From Oxynema aestuarii AP17 (GTDB taxonomy: Bacteria > Cyanobacteriota > Cyanobacteriia > Cyanobacteriales > Laspinemataceae), in the NCBI RefSeq assembly GCF_012295525.1, contig NZ_CP051167.1, positions 5,813,299-5,877,298 on the forward strand: a DNA stretch of 64,000 bases. The letters run 5' to 3'. The position numbers and the translations under genes were made by a program. Below the pieces are notes generated by a model. The model saw nothing but the letters and a program-made list of their open reading frames with translations, did not search any database and was not told the origin of the DNA. Of the stretch, positions 1 through 10,235 are shown piece by piece. Position 1 is the stretch's first letter; the number at the start of each line of letters is the position of its first letter.

Positions 1-317
1 TCCGCATTGTCAGTATTGTCGGGCGTTTTTTGGAACATTCGCGCATTTTCTATTTCCACAATTGCGGCGAGGAAGAGGTGTTTATCGGCAGTGCGGATTG
101 GATGCCTCGCAATCTCAACCGCCGCGTGGAAGCGATTACTCCGGTGGAAGACCCGGATTTGGCTAAGGATTTACAAGAAATTCTCGGGATCTTGCTCGCG
201 GATAACCGCCAAGCCTGGGATTTACAGCCGGATGGGTCTTACGTGCAACGGCGATCGCCCAATGGCACTGACGAGCAAAGTTCTCAGAGAATTCTGATGG
301 AGATGGCGTTACAGTAG
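1..317 (+). CDS. ppk: polyphosphate kinase 1, C-terminal fragment (5' end lies outside the window)
   Basis: The ORF 30..317 translation ...SRIFYFHNCGEEEVFIGSADWMPRNLNRRVE... matches the conserved C-terminal PLD-like domain of PPK1. The reading frame is open back to the window edge. Confidence 0.8.
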   Translation, partial: RIVSIVGRFLEHSRIFYFHNCGEEEVFIGSADWMPRNLNRRVEAITPVEDPDLAKDLQEILGILLADNRQAWDLQPDGSYVQRRSPNGTDEQSSQRILMEMALQ

Positions 318-395
318 GCAAGATTTCCATCCCCATCGCCCAACCCGGTTTCTCTGTCATGCAGGAACCGGGTTAGTATCCAAGCCAGTGTGGGA

Positions 396-602
396 TCAAT
401 TCTGGGTGGCAGAATCGGGAAAGGTGCGTTTGAATTCTTCGATCAGATCGTCCATTTCTTCGATCGCCTGATTGACATCGATCCGCAAGGTTCCCAAATC
501 CGGTTTTTCCAACAACCGCAACAGCGATTCCCGCTTGCTCTCGATCGCCTCGATCCGCTCTTTTAAGCTCTGTTCGTCCATGGTTATTTTCCCTTCACTC
601 AT
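396..602 (-). CDS. small acidic coiled-coil hypothetical protein (~68 aa; alternative ATG at 581)
   Basis: An ORF with ATG codons at 602 and 581 (the annotated M1 is TTG). No recognisable domain. It sits between ppk and the next gene. Confidence 0.3.
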   Translation of the reverse strand: MSEGKITMDEQSLKERIEAIESKRESLLRLLEKPDLGTLRIDVNQAIEEMDDLIEEFKRTFPDSATQN

Positions 603-716
603 CAATTGATAATAGTAGCCCGTTCGATGCTCGCTCTTTTCCAATCCTACAGTGCATCAAGCCCCCCGCACAGATTCTCGAAACTCTCAAATCTAAACTC
701 TCAAATCTAAAATCCC

Positions 717-1814
717 ATGCGTCACCTCTTCGCCAGCATCAGTATCATTTGTTTCGCCAGCCAACCCGTTCTCGCTCAAGTGAGATCGCCCTTAGAAGTG
801 GTCGCCGAAATGGAGATCGCGCCGGGAAATATTACGGTGACGCCGGATGGGGCGATCGTCACTAGTTTGCACCAACTGTTCGACCCCGCACAAGCGGTGG
901 TAGAAGTGCGAGAATCCGGGGAGCTGCTGCCGTTTCCCGATCGCGCCTGGAACGATCGCACTTCCGGCGAAAGCGCGATGCTCGATACGGTTTTAGGCAT
1001 TCAAGCGGATCCCCAAGGTCGGGTCTGGATGCTCGACAATGGCATGAGAGGGCAGCTAACGCCGAAGTTGGTGGCTTGGGATACGCGCGGCGATCGCCTC
1101 GACCGCGTCATTTACCTGCCCCCTCCGGTCACGGTTGACGGCTCGTTTGTCAACGATTTGGCGGTAGACTTAACTCACAATTATATTTACATTGCCGATC
1201 CGGCACCCGGCGATCGCGCCGCGTTAATTGTGGTAGATCTGAGTACTGGGGTTTCTCGGCGCGTCCTCCAGGGCGATCGCTCGGTAGTGGCGGAAGATGT
1301 CCAATTGGCGATCGATGGCGTTCCCCTGACCCAAACGCGCCCGGATGGAACCGTCGTCAGTCCTCGGGTCGGCGTCAATCCGATCGCCCTCGATGGGGCG
1401 GACGAGTGGCTGTATTTCGGCCCGATGCACGGCACTAGTTTATATCGAGTGCGAACTTCGGATTTGCGCGATCGCACCCTCGCCGATGCCGAATTGTCCG
1501 CCCGCGTCGAACGCTACAGCGACAAACCGATTTGCGATGGGATCTCGATCGATCGCGAGGGCAACATCTACATTACCGATTTGGCGGCTAAGGCGATCGG
1601 TGTCATTACGGGCGATCGTCGCTATCAACTCCTCATCACCTCCGATCGCCTCTCCTGGCCCGATGCCTTCAGTTTCGGCCCCGACGGCTATCTCTACGCG
1701 ATCGCCAACCAACTCCAACACGCCCCGGCGTTCAATGCAGGGGACGATCGATCGCGATCGCCCTTCTACATCTTTCGCCTCAAACCGTTAGCCCCGGGAA
1801 TCGTCGGACGCTAA
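717..1814 (+). CDS. secreted beta-propeller protein (yellow/MRJP- or SGL-like family), function unknown
   Basis: ATG start followed by an N-terminal signal peptide MRHLFASISIICFASQPVLAQ. Repeated blade-like motifs are present (YIYIADPAPGDRAALIVVD, GNIYITDLAAKAIGVI, DGYLYAIANQ). The family assignment rests on memory only. Confidence 0.5.
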   Translation: MRHLFASISIICFASQPVLAQVRSPLEVVAEMEIAPGNITVTPDGAIVTSLHQLFDPAQAVVEVRESGELLPFPDRAWNDRTSGESAMLDTVLGIQADPQGRVWMLDNGMRGQLTPKLVAWDTRGDRLDRVIYLPPPVTVDGSFVNDLAVDLTHNYIYIADPAPGDRAALIVVDLSTGVSRRVLQGDRSVVAEDVQLAIDGVPLTQTRPDGTVVSPRVGVNPIALDGADEWLYFGPMHGTSLYRVRTSDLRDRTLADAELSARVERYSDKPICDGISIDREGNIYITDLAAKAIGVITGDRRYQLLITSDRLSWPDAFSFGPDGYLYAIANQLQHAPAFNAGDDRSRSPFYIFRLKPLAPGIVGR

Positions 1815-1862
1815 TTCTCCATCCTATTCGATCCCCTAACTGATTCTACTCGATTCCCCAAC

Positions 1863-3941
1863 TTAAAAACTGCACGGTCCCGTTCTCCCGTTCGGGCAAA
1901 TCGTCAAATTGTTCGTCTTCACCCGCATCAGAACGCTATTTGTAAAGTCGGCGCCAGCGAGTTTAGCACCGCTCAAATCCGCCCCCGTTAAATCCGCTCC
2001 CGTTAACTTTGCACCGCGCAAATCCGCATCAGTTAAATTGACATTTCTCATCGTCGTATTTTGCAAATTTGCCTCGACCAAACTCGCCGAACTTAAATTA
2101 AAATCCGTCAAATTCAATCCGGCTAACTGGCGGTTACGACGCGGCAAATTAACAATTTTCCAATTCAGCAAATCTTCCGGATCGATTTTCGTCGTATTAA
2201 TATCGATATCCGCATCTAATAAATTCGCTCCCGACAGGTTCGCATTGCTCAAATTGGCGCGGACTAAATTCGCACTCCCTAAGTTGGCAAATTGCAAGTT
2301 AGCATTCTTTAAATTCGCCCAATCCAAGCTCGCATTCATCAGTATGGCACCGCTTAAATTGGCATTTTGTAAGTTACTTCCGTTGAGGTTTGACCCTTGA
2401 AAATTGGCCTCGATCAAGCTGCTCTCTTCGAGATCGGCGTTATTCAGTTTGGCGTCGCTAAAGTTGACGCGATCCAGATTTAATCCCGCAAAATTTACTT
2501 TCGACAAATCCCGACTCGTGGCATTTTTGACATAGCCTTTCCGCAAAGCCATATTAAACAAAGGTTGGGAAAGTTTGGGATTGAGTAAGATAATGAAAAA
2601 CGGACTGATCGACGCGATTAATAAGAGAAAAACCACCGAGGTTTTAAACGCATTCCCCCAGCGACTGTTTCGCGAAGTCGTAAACGCCGAATCGAGCAAG
2701 CGGGAGTTTTCTTGATTGGCAACTTCAAGCTGCCATTGGGTTTGAGAAAGTTGATGTTGCAGGTCGAGGCGTTCGCGGTCGGCGCGATCGAGTTGGCTTT
2801 GCAATTGGCTGCGTTCTTCGTTGACCCAAGAGAGTCGAGATTCTTGGCTTTGGGTTTGTTGTTGGCTATTATTCAGTTGGCTTTCAAGATCGCTAATTTG
2901 CAAGCGCAATTGATTAATTTCTGCGTTGGCGCGATCGAGTTCTTCTTGGGCGCGATCGCTCATTTCAGCCAACATTTGCTCGAACTGATTCGGCTGACTG
3001 GTTTCGACTTGTGCCGTTTCGAGTTGACCCCGGGCTTCGGCGAGTTCGGTTTGTAATTGCCAGTAAGCGGTTGCCGCTTGTTGTAACTGCGGTTGGAGGT
3101 CGCCGAGTTCTTGGCTGCACGCCGCGAATTCCGATTTTGTTTTCTCTAATTCGGCGTGCAGTTGCGATCGCTTCTGTTGAGAAGCAATCAGTTGTTTTTT
3201 CGTATGTTGTAGTTGTCCTTGCACTTGTTTGAGCGAGGCTTCGCGCAAGGCATTTTTGGCTTCGGCTTCTTGTAATTTCGGTTCGACTTCTTTGAGCGCT
3301 TTTTCCCGGGCAGATAGCGCTTTTTCGGTCAATTCTAATTTATCTTGCAAGCGCCAGTAAGCCGTTGCCGCTTCGTGAATTTGCGATTTAAAAGTTTGAT
3401 TTTCCCGGTCGATATCTTCGAGTTGCTGTTGAGTTTGTTCGAGTTGCTGCTGGAGATCTTCGTAAGCTTGTTCTGCTTCTTTTAAAAAGGATTGGAGTTG
3501 CGATCGCTCTTTGAGGGCGGTTTTATGTTCTTTTTCTAACGTTTCGTACTGCTGGTGAAGCTGCCAGTATGCCTCTTCCGTTTGCTTAAAGAGGGATTCT
3601 AACTCCGATCGCTCCTGTTCGGCGAGTTCGAGTTGGGTTTTGAGTTGCGATCGCTCCATCTGCTGGGGCGCCGCCTCTTCCTCCGTCGCCCCCTTCAAAC
3701 GCTTCTGGGTTTGCTCCCACTGCTGGCGGGCCCACATCAATTGCGCCCGTTCCTTCCTGAGAAATCCCTCGGGAATGCGCCCCAAACTCAGGGGATACGG
3801 CGTCAAGTCCCAGCCGCAAGTCGAACAAGTTTTGACTTGTCCTTCCGCATATTGGGTCTGACAAACGGGACAATGCGCTACGGTCAAAGCGGTGTACTCC
3901 TGTGTTGGTCGGTCGTCACGGGCAAACATCTTCATCGCCAT
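1863..3941 (-). CDS. zinc-ribbon / coiled-coil / single-TM / pentapeptide-repeat protein
   Basis: The N-terminus carries CPVCQTQYAEGQVKTCSTCGWDLTP (CxxC-x12-CxxC). About 300 aa of coiled coil follow, with repeated AxxAYWxLQ motifs, then a TM helix VVFLLLIASISPFFIILL. The C-terminus has A(D/N)LxG pentapeptide repeats (NLTDADLRGAKLTGADLTGADLSGAKLAGADF). The annotated start is GTG at 3977. The nearest ATG codons are at 3941, 3935 and 3929. Confidence 0.75.
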   Translation of the reverse strand: MAMKMFARDDRPTQEYTALTVAHCPVCQTQYAEGQVKTCSTCGWDLTPYPLSLGRIPEGFLRKERAQLMWARQQWEQTQKRLKGATEEEAAPQQMERSQLKTQLELAEQERSELESLFKQTEEAYWQLHQQYETLEKEHKTALKERSQLQSFLKEAEQAYEDLQQQLEQTQQQLEDIDRENQTFKSQIHEAATAYWRLQDKLELTEKALSAREKALKEVEPKLQEAEAKNALREASLKQVQGQLQHTKKQLIASQQKRSQLHAELEKTKSEFAACSQELGDLQPQLQQAATAYWQLQTELAEARGQLETAQVETSQPNQFEQMLAEMSDRAQEELDRANAEINQLRLQISDLESQLNNSQQQTQSQESRLSWVNEERSQLQSQLDRADRERLDLQHQLSQTQWQLEVANQENSRLLDSAFTTSRNSRWGNAFKTSVVFLLLIASISPFFIILLNPKLSQPLFNMALRKGYVKNATSRDLSKVNFAGLNLDRVNFSDAKLNNADLEESSLIEANFQGSNLNGSNLQNANLSGAILMNASLDWANLKNANLQFANLGSANLVRANLSNANLSGANLLDADIDINTTKIDPEDLLNWKIVNLPRRNRQLAGLNLTDFNLSSASLVEANLQNTTMRNVNLTDADLRGAKLTGADLTGADLSGAKLAGADFTNSVLMRVKTNNLTICPNGRTGPCSF

Positions 3942-4121
3942 TGCTTCCCCCTGAGAGATTATCTCGCAACTTATCACTTTTTAACCGTTTTCGGACAAGA
4001 GTCAAGTCCCCAGGGCCTACATTTACCGTAGCGGCGAGTGGAACTGGCGCTTTTCGCCGCGATCGCTAACATTGGGGAAACAAAGCCACACTGACCCGTT
4101 CCCCAATCCGAAGTTTTCCCT

Positions 4122-6680
4122 CTATTTCGGAAGATCGGCGATCGCGAACCTTAACATCGCTTCCCCACTTAAATTTTCCCTGACGATTCGGCTTTTTTGA
4201 CGCTTCACCATCCCCTCGTAAAAATTGCGAATCTCGCGACCGTTGCCGAAATTAGACGGGCGATTGGCGTACAAATCTTGACACCAGTCTCTAACTTTTT
4301 CCGAGACTTCTGGCGGACAAATTCGCCGGGACTGTTCGCATAAACTCAGGAATATTTGATGCAATTCGTCGGGATCGTAATCGGGGAATTCGATCTGATA
4401 GGCGATGCGAGAGGTTAACCCGGAATTCGCAGCTAAAAATTCGGCCATTTCTCGGGAATATCCGGCGAAAATGACCACGAGGCGATCGCGGTAATTTTCC
4501 AAATACGGGACTAAAGTATCGATCGCCTCCCGTCCGAAATCCGTAGCGTGACCTCGGGACAGGGCGTAGGCTTCATCGATAAATAATACCCCATCGATCG
4601 CGCGATCGATCGCCCCTACGGTTTTCGCCGCCGTTTGTCCCACGTATCCCGCGACTAAATCCGGGCGTCCGACTTCGTGAAAGTCCCCTTTTTTCAATAA
4701 TCCCAGGGCTTTAAAAATTTTGCCGACCAACCGCGCCACGGTCGTTTTTCCCGTTCCCGGATTGCCAGTGAAAACCATGTGATAGGTGTGAGATTCGCCG
4801 TCGGGATCCAACCCCGCTTCTCGCAGGCGGCGGTTGGCGAGTTGGGTTTCGACTAATTCTCCGATCGCCGCTTTCACCGATCGCAGTCCCGCCAGGCGAT
4901 CGAGTTGCGCTAACAATGTGTCCAAGGTCTCGCGATCGCCCTTGCCGCGATCGGCCAACTCCCGATACTTTTGCGGTAAATCTGCAAGCTCAAACGGCGA
5001 TCGCACCGGATCGCTGCCCGTTTCGATGACTCGGAGCGATCGCCGTTCGTCGAGTTCCTGAAACAGATTTTCCACCAATCCCGCATTCCCAAAGTTTTCG
5101 TCCCGTTCGGCGTACAATTGCGCGAATACATCCAACAAAGTCCCCTCTAGATCCGGGGACAAGTCGGCGGCGACGGCGGCGACGCACTGCTGTAGAATTC
5201 CCAACAACTCATCAGGCGTGTAATCTGCAAAAATAATTTCTGTCGGGAACCGACGGCGCAAACCGGGATTCGCATCGAGAAAGGCGTCCATTTTCGCCGG
5301 ATATCCCGCCACGATCGCCGCGAACCGATCGCGATCGTCCTCCAGACGTTTGAGTAACGTTTCGATCGCCTCCCGTCCGAAATCCCCGTCCCCGCCTTCG
5401 GTCAACCCATACGCCTCATCCACAAACAAGACGCCATCGATCGCGCGATCGATCGTTTCATTGGTGCGTAAATGGGTTTGTCCGACATAACCCGCCACTA
5501 AATCGCGTCCGCCGACTTCTACCAGATGACCGCGCTGTAATAACCCCAAATCTCGGTAAATTTCGCCGATTAAGCGCGCGACCGTCGTTTTTCCCGTTCC
5601 TGGATTGCCTTTAAACACCAGATGCAATCGGGGCGGATCGATCGCCTTTCCCTGCTTCGCCCGTTCTTGTTGCACTTGCAGCGATCTCGCCCGACGGCGG
5701 ATCGTTTCTTTGACGTTTTGCAAGCCGATCGCCCCTTCTAATCGTTGCAGGGCAGGGGTTTCGCTGACGTCCCCCGTCAACCAACGCCGCGATCGCGCCG
5801 CTTTCAGCGAGATTTCCTCACTTTCATTAAAGCGATCGTACCAGGTATTGAGCGATCGATTTTCCGCCGCCATCCATTGCATTAACTTTGCACGATTTTC
5901 CCACGGAACTGCTTTGCCGAACTTCAGCCGAAAATAATCGCTTAACGCCTCTATCTCTTTTGCGCTAGGGGCTGCTAGTCGCACTAAATTACAACTGCGG
6001 CGATCGCCCTGCTGCCGATTTATTGCATAATTTGACAAAAATGTAAAGCCGACTTGCTGACAAAACCCTTGCAGGCGATCGATCGTTTCGTGGTGAAAAA
6101 TAAAAATACACAGGTTGCGATTACTCGGGGGAAGACGCGACCATTCTAAAGTGCGACCGAACAGTTCGCGGCGGTTGTCGAAGTTCGCCAAATCTTCTGC
6201 ATTGGCAAAAACGATCGCCGATTTTTGGCGAGTATCCTGCATTAACGTTTCAAAATAGGGCAAAATTTGGACATCTTGCAGGCGTTGGGGCGGTCTTGCT
6301 TCGGTTGAGGGTGCCGGACTGGGCGATACGGCGGGATTGGACGATGCAGTTTGCTTTCCTAACAAGCGTCGTTTGCGTCCGAGAGGACCGGGGGTGACTT
6401 GCATCGGTCGGTCCGTCGGTGGGGGGGTGGAGGGGTCTGCTGAAGGTTGCAACCGCGTGCGATCGCGCGATGGGCGATCGAGGAAATAGAGTTTTTTAAC
6501 GCCGGAATAGAAGACGATGCGATCGTATCCTCGGGATTTTAAATAGTGATGGAGAATGCTTTCAATATCTTGTAAAACGAGATCCTCCGTGCAGAAACTA
6601 TCGCTGGTTTGCGTTCCGTACAGCACGAAAAAGCGATCGCCTGCGTGTAAATTCAACCCCGATGTTACTCGTTCTACCAC
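4122..6680 (-). CDS. AAA+ ATPase with two tandem CbxX/SpoVK-type modules and a ~290-aa N-terminal domain of unknown function
   Basis: Two Walker A motifs GNPGTGKTT(V)ARL are present. Each is preceded by the CbxX-style L..L.GL..VK helix and followed by DExx and arginine-finger regions. The start is a GTG codon. Confidence 0.8.
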   Translation of the reverse strand: MVERVTSGLNLHAGDRFFVLYGTQTSDSFCTEDLVLQDIESILHHYLKSRGYDRIVFYSGVKKLYFLDRPSRDRTRLQPSADPSTPPPTDRPMQVTPGPLGRKRRLLGKQTASSNPAVSPSPAPSTEARPPQRLQDVQILPYFETLMQDTRQKSAIVFANAEDLANFDNRRELFGRTLEWSRLPPSNRNLCIFIFHHETIDRLQGFCQQVGFTFLSNYAINRQQGDRRSCNLVRLAAPSAKEIEALSDYFRLKFGKAVPWENRAKLMQWMAAENRSLNTWYDRFNESEEISLKAARSRRWLTGDVSETPALQRLEGAIGLQNVKETIRRRARSLQVQQERAKQGKAIDPPRLHLVFKGNPGTGKTTVARLIGEIYRDLGLLQRGHLVEVGGRDLVAGYVGQTHLRTNETIDRAIDGVLFVDEAYGLTEGGDGDFGREAIETLLKRLEDDRDRFAAIVAGYPAKMDAFLDANPGLRRRFPTEIIFADYTPDELLGILQQCVAAVAADLSPDLEGTLLDVFAQLYAERDENFGNAGLVENLFQELDERRSLRVIETGSDPVRSPFELADLPQKYRELADRGKGDRETLDTLLAQLDRLAGLRSVKAAIGELVETQLANRRLREAGLDPDGESHTYHMVFTGNPGTGKTTVARLVGKIFKALGLLKKGDFHEVGRPDLVAGYVGQTAAKTVGAIDRAIDGVLFIDEAYALSRGHATDFGREAIDTLVPYLENYRDRLVVIFAGYSREMAEFLAANSGLTSRIAYQIEFPDYDPDELHQIFLSLCEQSRRICPPEVSEKVRDWCQDLYANRPSNFGNGREIRNFYEGMVKRQKSRIVRENLSGEAMLRFAIADLPK

Positions 6681-6807
6681 AATCGATTGGCTTGTTTTAT
6701 TTTTAGATTATTTTAAACTAAGTTTGTTCTAATTAAAAGAGTTTGAAATTAACTTTTTCTTAAAGGGCGGGTGGGATACCCGCACCATATTTAGGAGTTT
6801 TGACTTC

Positions 6808-7908
6808 TTATTGTTCCTCGACTAACCAGCGCCAAATTTTAACGGTGCGATCGCCACTGCTGCTCATTAAACGGCAGCCATCCGGACTGAAAACGACCGA
6901 ATATACGGTATTGGCATGTCCGGTTAAATGGCAAATTTCTTGACCTGTTTTGAGGTTCCAGAGTTTAATCGTATTGTCAGAACTGGCACTCGCGATCGTG
7001 CGTCCATCCGGGCTAATAGCAATGTCATTAATGAAGTCCGAATGACCGATTAAAGTTTGAGTATTCGTCCCCGTTTCTAAATGCCATAATTTAATGGTTT
7101 TGTCCAAACTCGCACTGACTAAAATCTGGCCATCTGGGGTGAAAACGAGGGAGTAAATTGAGTTGGAATGTCCGGTAAAGGTACCAATTGCTTCGCCTTT
7201 TTGTAAATCCCAAAGTTTAATCGTGTTATCTGCACTACCACTGGCTAAGATGCGACCGTCGGGACTGAGGGCTAACGAGTGAACGTAGTCATCGTGTCCG
7301 GTGAGGGTGCGAAGGATTTCCCCCGTTTGCCAATTCCAAAATTTAATCGTGGTGTCGTCGCTGGCACTGATTAAAATGGGGATGGAAATCGAATTGTCGC
7401 CGATCTCTCCATAAATGAGGTCGCGAAGGTAATCGGAATGTCCGCTTAAAGTGTGGAGGAGTTCTCCAGTTTGGAGGTTCCAAATTTTGATGGTTTTGTC
7501 GTCACTCCCGGTGGCGATCGTTTGGCTGTCCGGGGCGATCGCGAGACAACTGACGGATTTAGAATGTCCGCTTAGGGTATGGCGTTCGGATCGGGTGTGT
7601 AGACCCCAGATTTTTACAGTTTTATCGTAACTGCTGCTGGCCAAGGTTTGACCGTCCGGAGCAATGGCGACTTGACTGACGGAGTTGGTATGACCTGTTA
7701 AGGTACTTTCGCATTCAATCAGTTGATATTTTAAAAATTCTTCGATATAGCGATCGAGGCGGGCGAGTTGGTGAGATTGGCGGCGGGCGCGATCGCCTAA
7801 AGTTTGCAGTTGAGATTGTAGTTGTTCTCGTTCTTGTTCGCTTTGTTGCAAGCGTTCTTCTAGGCTCTTGATTTTCTTTTCTAAGAAGGAAAAGTTATCG
7901 GATACCAT
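6808..7908 (-). CDS. WD40-repeat protein with an N-terminal coiled coil
   Basis: ATG start. The N-terminus reads KIKSLEERLQQSEQEREQLQSQLQ. At least seven WD repeats follow (GHTNSV...SSYDKTVKIW, GHSKSV...DDKTIKIWN, etc.). Confidence 0.85.
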   Translation of the reverse strand: MVSDNFSFLEKKIKSLEERLQQSEQEREQLQSQLQTLGDRARRQSHQLARLDRYIEEFLKYQLIECESTLTGHTNSVSQVAIAPDGQTLASSSYDKTVKIWGLHTRSERHTLSGHSKSVSCLAIAPDSQTIATGSDDKTIKIWNLQTGELLHTLSGHSDYLRDLIYGEIGDNSISIPILISASDDTTIKFWNWQTGEILRTLTGHDDYVHSLALSPDGRILASGSADNTIKLWDLQKGEAIGTFTGHSNSIYSLVFTPDGQILVSASLDKTIKLWHLETGTNTQTLIGHSDFINDIAISPDGRTIASASSDNTIKLWNLKTGQEICHLTGHANTVYSVVFSPDGCRLMSSSGDRTVKIWRWLVEEQ

Positions 7909-7958
7909 GAGGGGTTTAGATTTTAGACTTTAGAGTTGAGATTTTAGATTGATGCTGT
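7909..7958. repeat. short AGATTTT/TTTAGAG-type intergenic repeat
   Basis: The sequence ggtttagattttagactttagagttgagattttagattg lies between two minus-strand genes. Confidence 0.6.
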
Positions 7959-7999
7959 AGGGAATTGGGAACAACTTCCAGGCCGACAATAGACCCGCC

Positions 8000-9853
8000 C
8001 TACTCCACCGCAGAAACACCCCATATCTTAATTGTGCCATCATCGGAGCCACTAACGATCGTATTGCCATCTTGATTGATGGCGGTACATAAAACATACC
8101 CTTCGTGACCGTATCCGGGGGTTTTGACGCCGGGGATCGTGTGAATGAGGCGACCGCTTTCGAGATGCCAAATTTTAATGGTTCCGTCGTCGGAACCACT
8201 GGCGAGGGTATGTTGAGAACTGATGGTGACGGAACTGACCGGACCGGAATGTTCGGAAAGGGTATGCAGGAGTTTTCCGGTGCCGAGATTCCAGAGTTTG
8301 ATCGTGTTGTCGTTGCTTCCACTGGCGAGAATGCTGCCATCGTAGTTGACGGCGACGGAACAGACGGAACCGCTATGTTCGGTGAGGGTATGGATGAGTT
8401 CTCCGGTGAGGAGATTGCGGATTTTGATGGTGTTGTCGTTACTGCCACTGGCGAGGACGTTTCCTTGGGGGGAGATGACGACGGAACGCACGGCGGTACT
8501 GTGTCCGTAGAAGGTGGCGAGGAGTTCTTGGGTGTCGAGGTTCCAGAGTTTGATCGTTTTGTCGGCGGCGCCACTGGCGAGGGTGCGTCCTTTGGGAGAG
8601 AAGGCGACAGTGTTGACCCAACCGTTATGACCGTGGAGGGTGGTCAGGAGTTCGCCACTTTGCAAGTCCCAGATTTTGATGGTGTTGTCGCCGCTTCCAC
8701 TGGCGATCGTTTTACCGTCGGCGGAGATGGCGACGGCGATCGCCGATCCGAGGTGTCCGCGTAAGGTTCGCATCGGCTGACCGCTTTCTAAATCCCAAAT
8801 TTTAACGGTTTTGTCATTACTCCCACTGACTAAAATGTTGCCTTGAGGGGCGATCGCCACCGATCGCACGGCGTCGTCATGTTTTAAGGTGCGCACGCAG
8901 CGAAACAGGCGATAGGGTTTGTACTGTTCGAGGGCTTGGCGAGCCCGGGGGGAACGAGTCCGCTTGAGAATGGCGTAGGCAAATTCTTGGATGGCTTCGG
9001 AGCGATCGCCTAACGCATCGATCAGCAATTCGACGGTATGAGATTCGGCGTGAGTGTGGGTGAGATTTTCGTTCGTTTTTTCCAGACTCTCGCGGGCTTT
9101 TTCGAGTTGGCTTTGCAAGGTGCTGACTTGGCGCCGTTCGCTGTGAATTTGCGATTGCAATTCCAACCGTTCGCGATCGGACTGTTCTAATTTGGCTTTT
9201 AGCTGGCTAATTTGGGCTTGTAAGGCGGCGATTTCGGCTTCTTTGGCGACGGAGGTGCCATCTGCACGATTGGTGGCGCGATTCTCCTCGATCGCCCCTA
9301 CGCGATCGCCGTCGGAAGGAGCAGTCGTTGGGGATGGTCTCGGGGCTTCGATATGGGACCAAATACGACTGAGTTGGGTTTGGACCTGCGATCGCTCGGT
9401 GTCACTTTGTTCTAATTTAGAGAAAATCAGGCCGATCTGATTCTCGAAATGTTCGGATTGGGTTTCGTGAAAGAGGCGATCGCGCTCTAACTCCTCCTTA
9501 AAATGATTGCGGTCTTGGCTGACTTCATCCAACCAGGCAAACAGTTGACTGACTTGTTCTTGAATGTGAACTCGTTCTTTCGCCGCGAGATCGAAGCGAC
9601 CCCAAACTTTCGAGAGTTGTCCTTCAATATCGGCCAATTTCCACTCTAATTCTTTGACCGATTTACCTTGGTCGGTCGTTTCTGCCCAAATTTTGCGCGC
9701 CCATTTCAACTTAGCTCGCTCTTTTTCGAGATAGATTTCCGTCAAATTTTCAGCAAGTTGAGGCGGTTCGGGAGTTAAATCCCACCCGCAATTCGAGCAG
9801 GCGATCTGCTCTCCTTCGACATACTCGGTTTGACATACCGGACATTCAGACAT
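8000..9853 (-). CDS. zinc-ribbon / coiled-coil / WD40-repeat protein (paralogous N-terminus to 1863..3941)
   Basis: MSECPVCQTEYVEGEQIACSNCGWDLTPEPP...EKERAKLKWAR begins at ATG 9853 (the annotated GTG is at 9877). A coiled coil follows. The C-terminus has eight or more WD repeats (GHLGSA..., GHNGWV..., SNDNTIKLWN...). Confidence 0.85.
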   Translation of the reverse strand: MSECPVCQTEYVEGEQIACSNCGWDLTPEPPQLAENLTEIYLEKERAKLKWARKIWAETTDQGKSVKELEWKLADIEGQLSKVWGRFDLAAKERVHIQEQVSQLFAWLDEVSQDRNHFKEELERDRLFHETQSEHFENQIGLIFSKLEQSDTERSQVQTQLSRIWSHIEAPRPSPTTAPSDGDRVGAIEENRATNRADGTSVAKEAEIAALQAQISQLKAKLEQSDRERLELQSQIHSERRQVSTLQSQLEKARESLEKTNENLTHTHAESHTVELLIDALGDRSEAIQEFAYAILKRTRSPRARQALEQYKPYRLFRCVRTLKHDDAVRSVAIAPQGNILVSGSNDKTVKIWDLESGQPMRTLRGHLGSAIAVAISADGKTIASGSGDNTIKIWDLQSGELLTTLHGHNGWVNTVAFSPKGRTLASGAADKTIKLWNLDTQELLATFYGHSTAVRSVVISPQGNVLASGSNDNTIKIRNLLTGELIHTLTEHSGSVCSVAVNYDGSILASGSNDNTIKLWNLGTGKLLHTLSEHSGPVSSVTISSQHTLASGSDDGTIKIWHLESGRLIHTIPGVKTPGYGHEGYVLCTAINQDGNTIVSGSDDGTIKIWGVSAVE

Positions 9854-9921
9854 GGCCTTATTCACTCTCAGATTCACCCTGAAACACGTTCTATTAAGGG
9901 AAACTTTCGAGCAGATTGAAG

Positions 9922-9993
9922 AAGTTTAGAGTTTAGAGTTTAGAGTTTAACTTTTAAGTTTTAAGTTTTAAATTTGAGATTTGGAATTTTAGA
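9922..9993. repeat. tandem heptamer repeats (agtttag x3-4, then ttttaag x3)
   Basis: The run reads gaagtttagagtttagagtttagagtttaacttttaagttttaagttttaaatttgagatttggaattttagag. Confidence 0.7.
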
Positions 9994-10235
9994 GATAAAT
10001 TTTATGCTCTAAAAAGTGCTTGAAAGCTTCTTTTAGTTTATCAATTCGATCGCCGGAGAAATGTTAGGAAAATTACTCGAATCCGTTTTCTGTTTCGATC
10101 GCGTCTATGGCTGCGATCGCTGGCAACGGCAAAACTTGAGATGGGATGTTTCAGAGCAGCGATCGCCGTCGAGGGGGTCTTGAATGGTTCGGTTAAACCC
10201 ATCGGCGCCCCCTGCTCAAAATCGGGCGATCGCGC

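Noticed and set aside
7930-8574. 214-aa Ser/Pro/Thr-rich ORF on the minus strand
   Set aside because: It lies entirely inside the WD40 gene 8000..9853 in another frame. It is a low-complexity translation of the WD-repeat DNA and not an independent gene.
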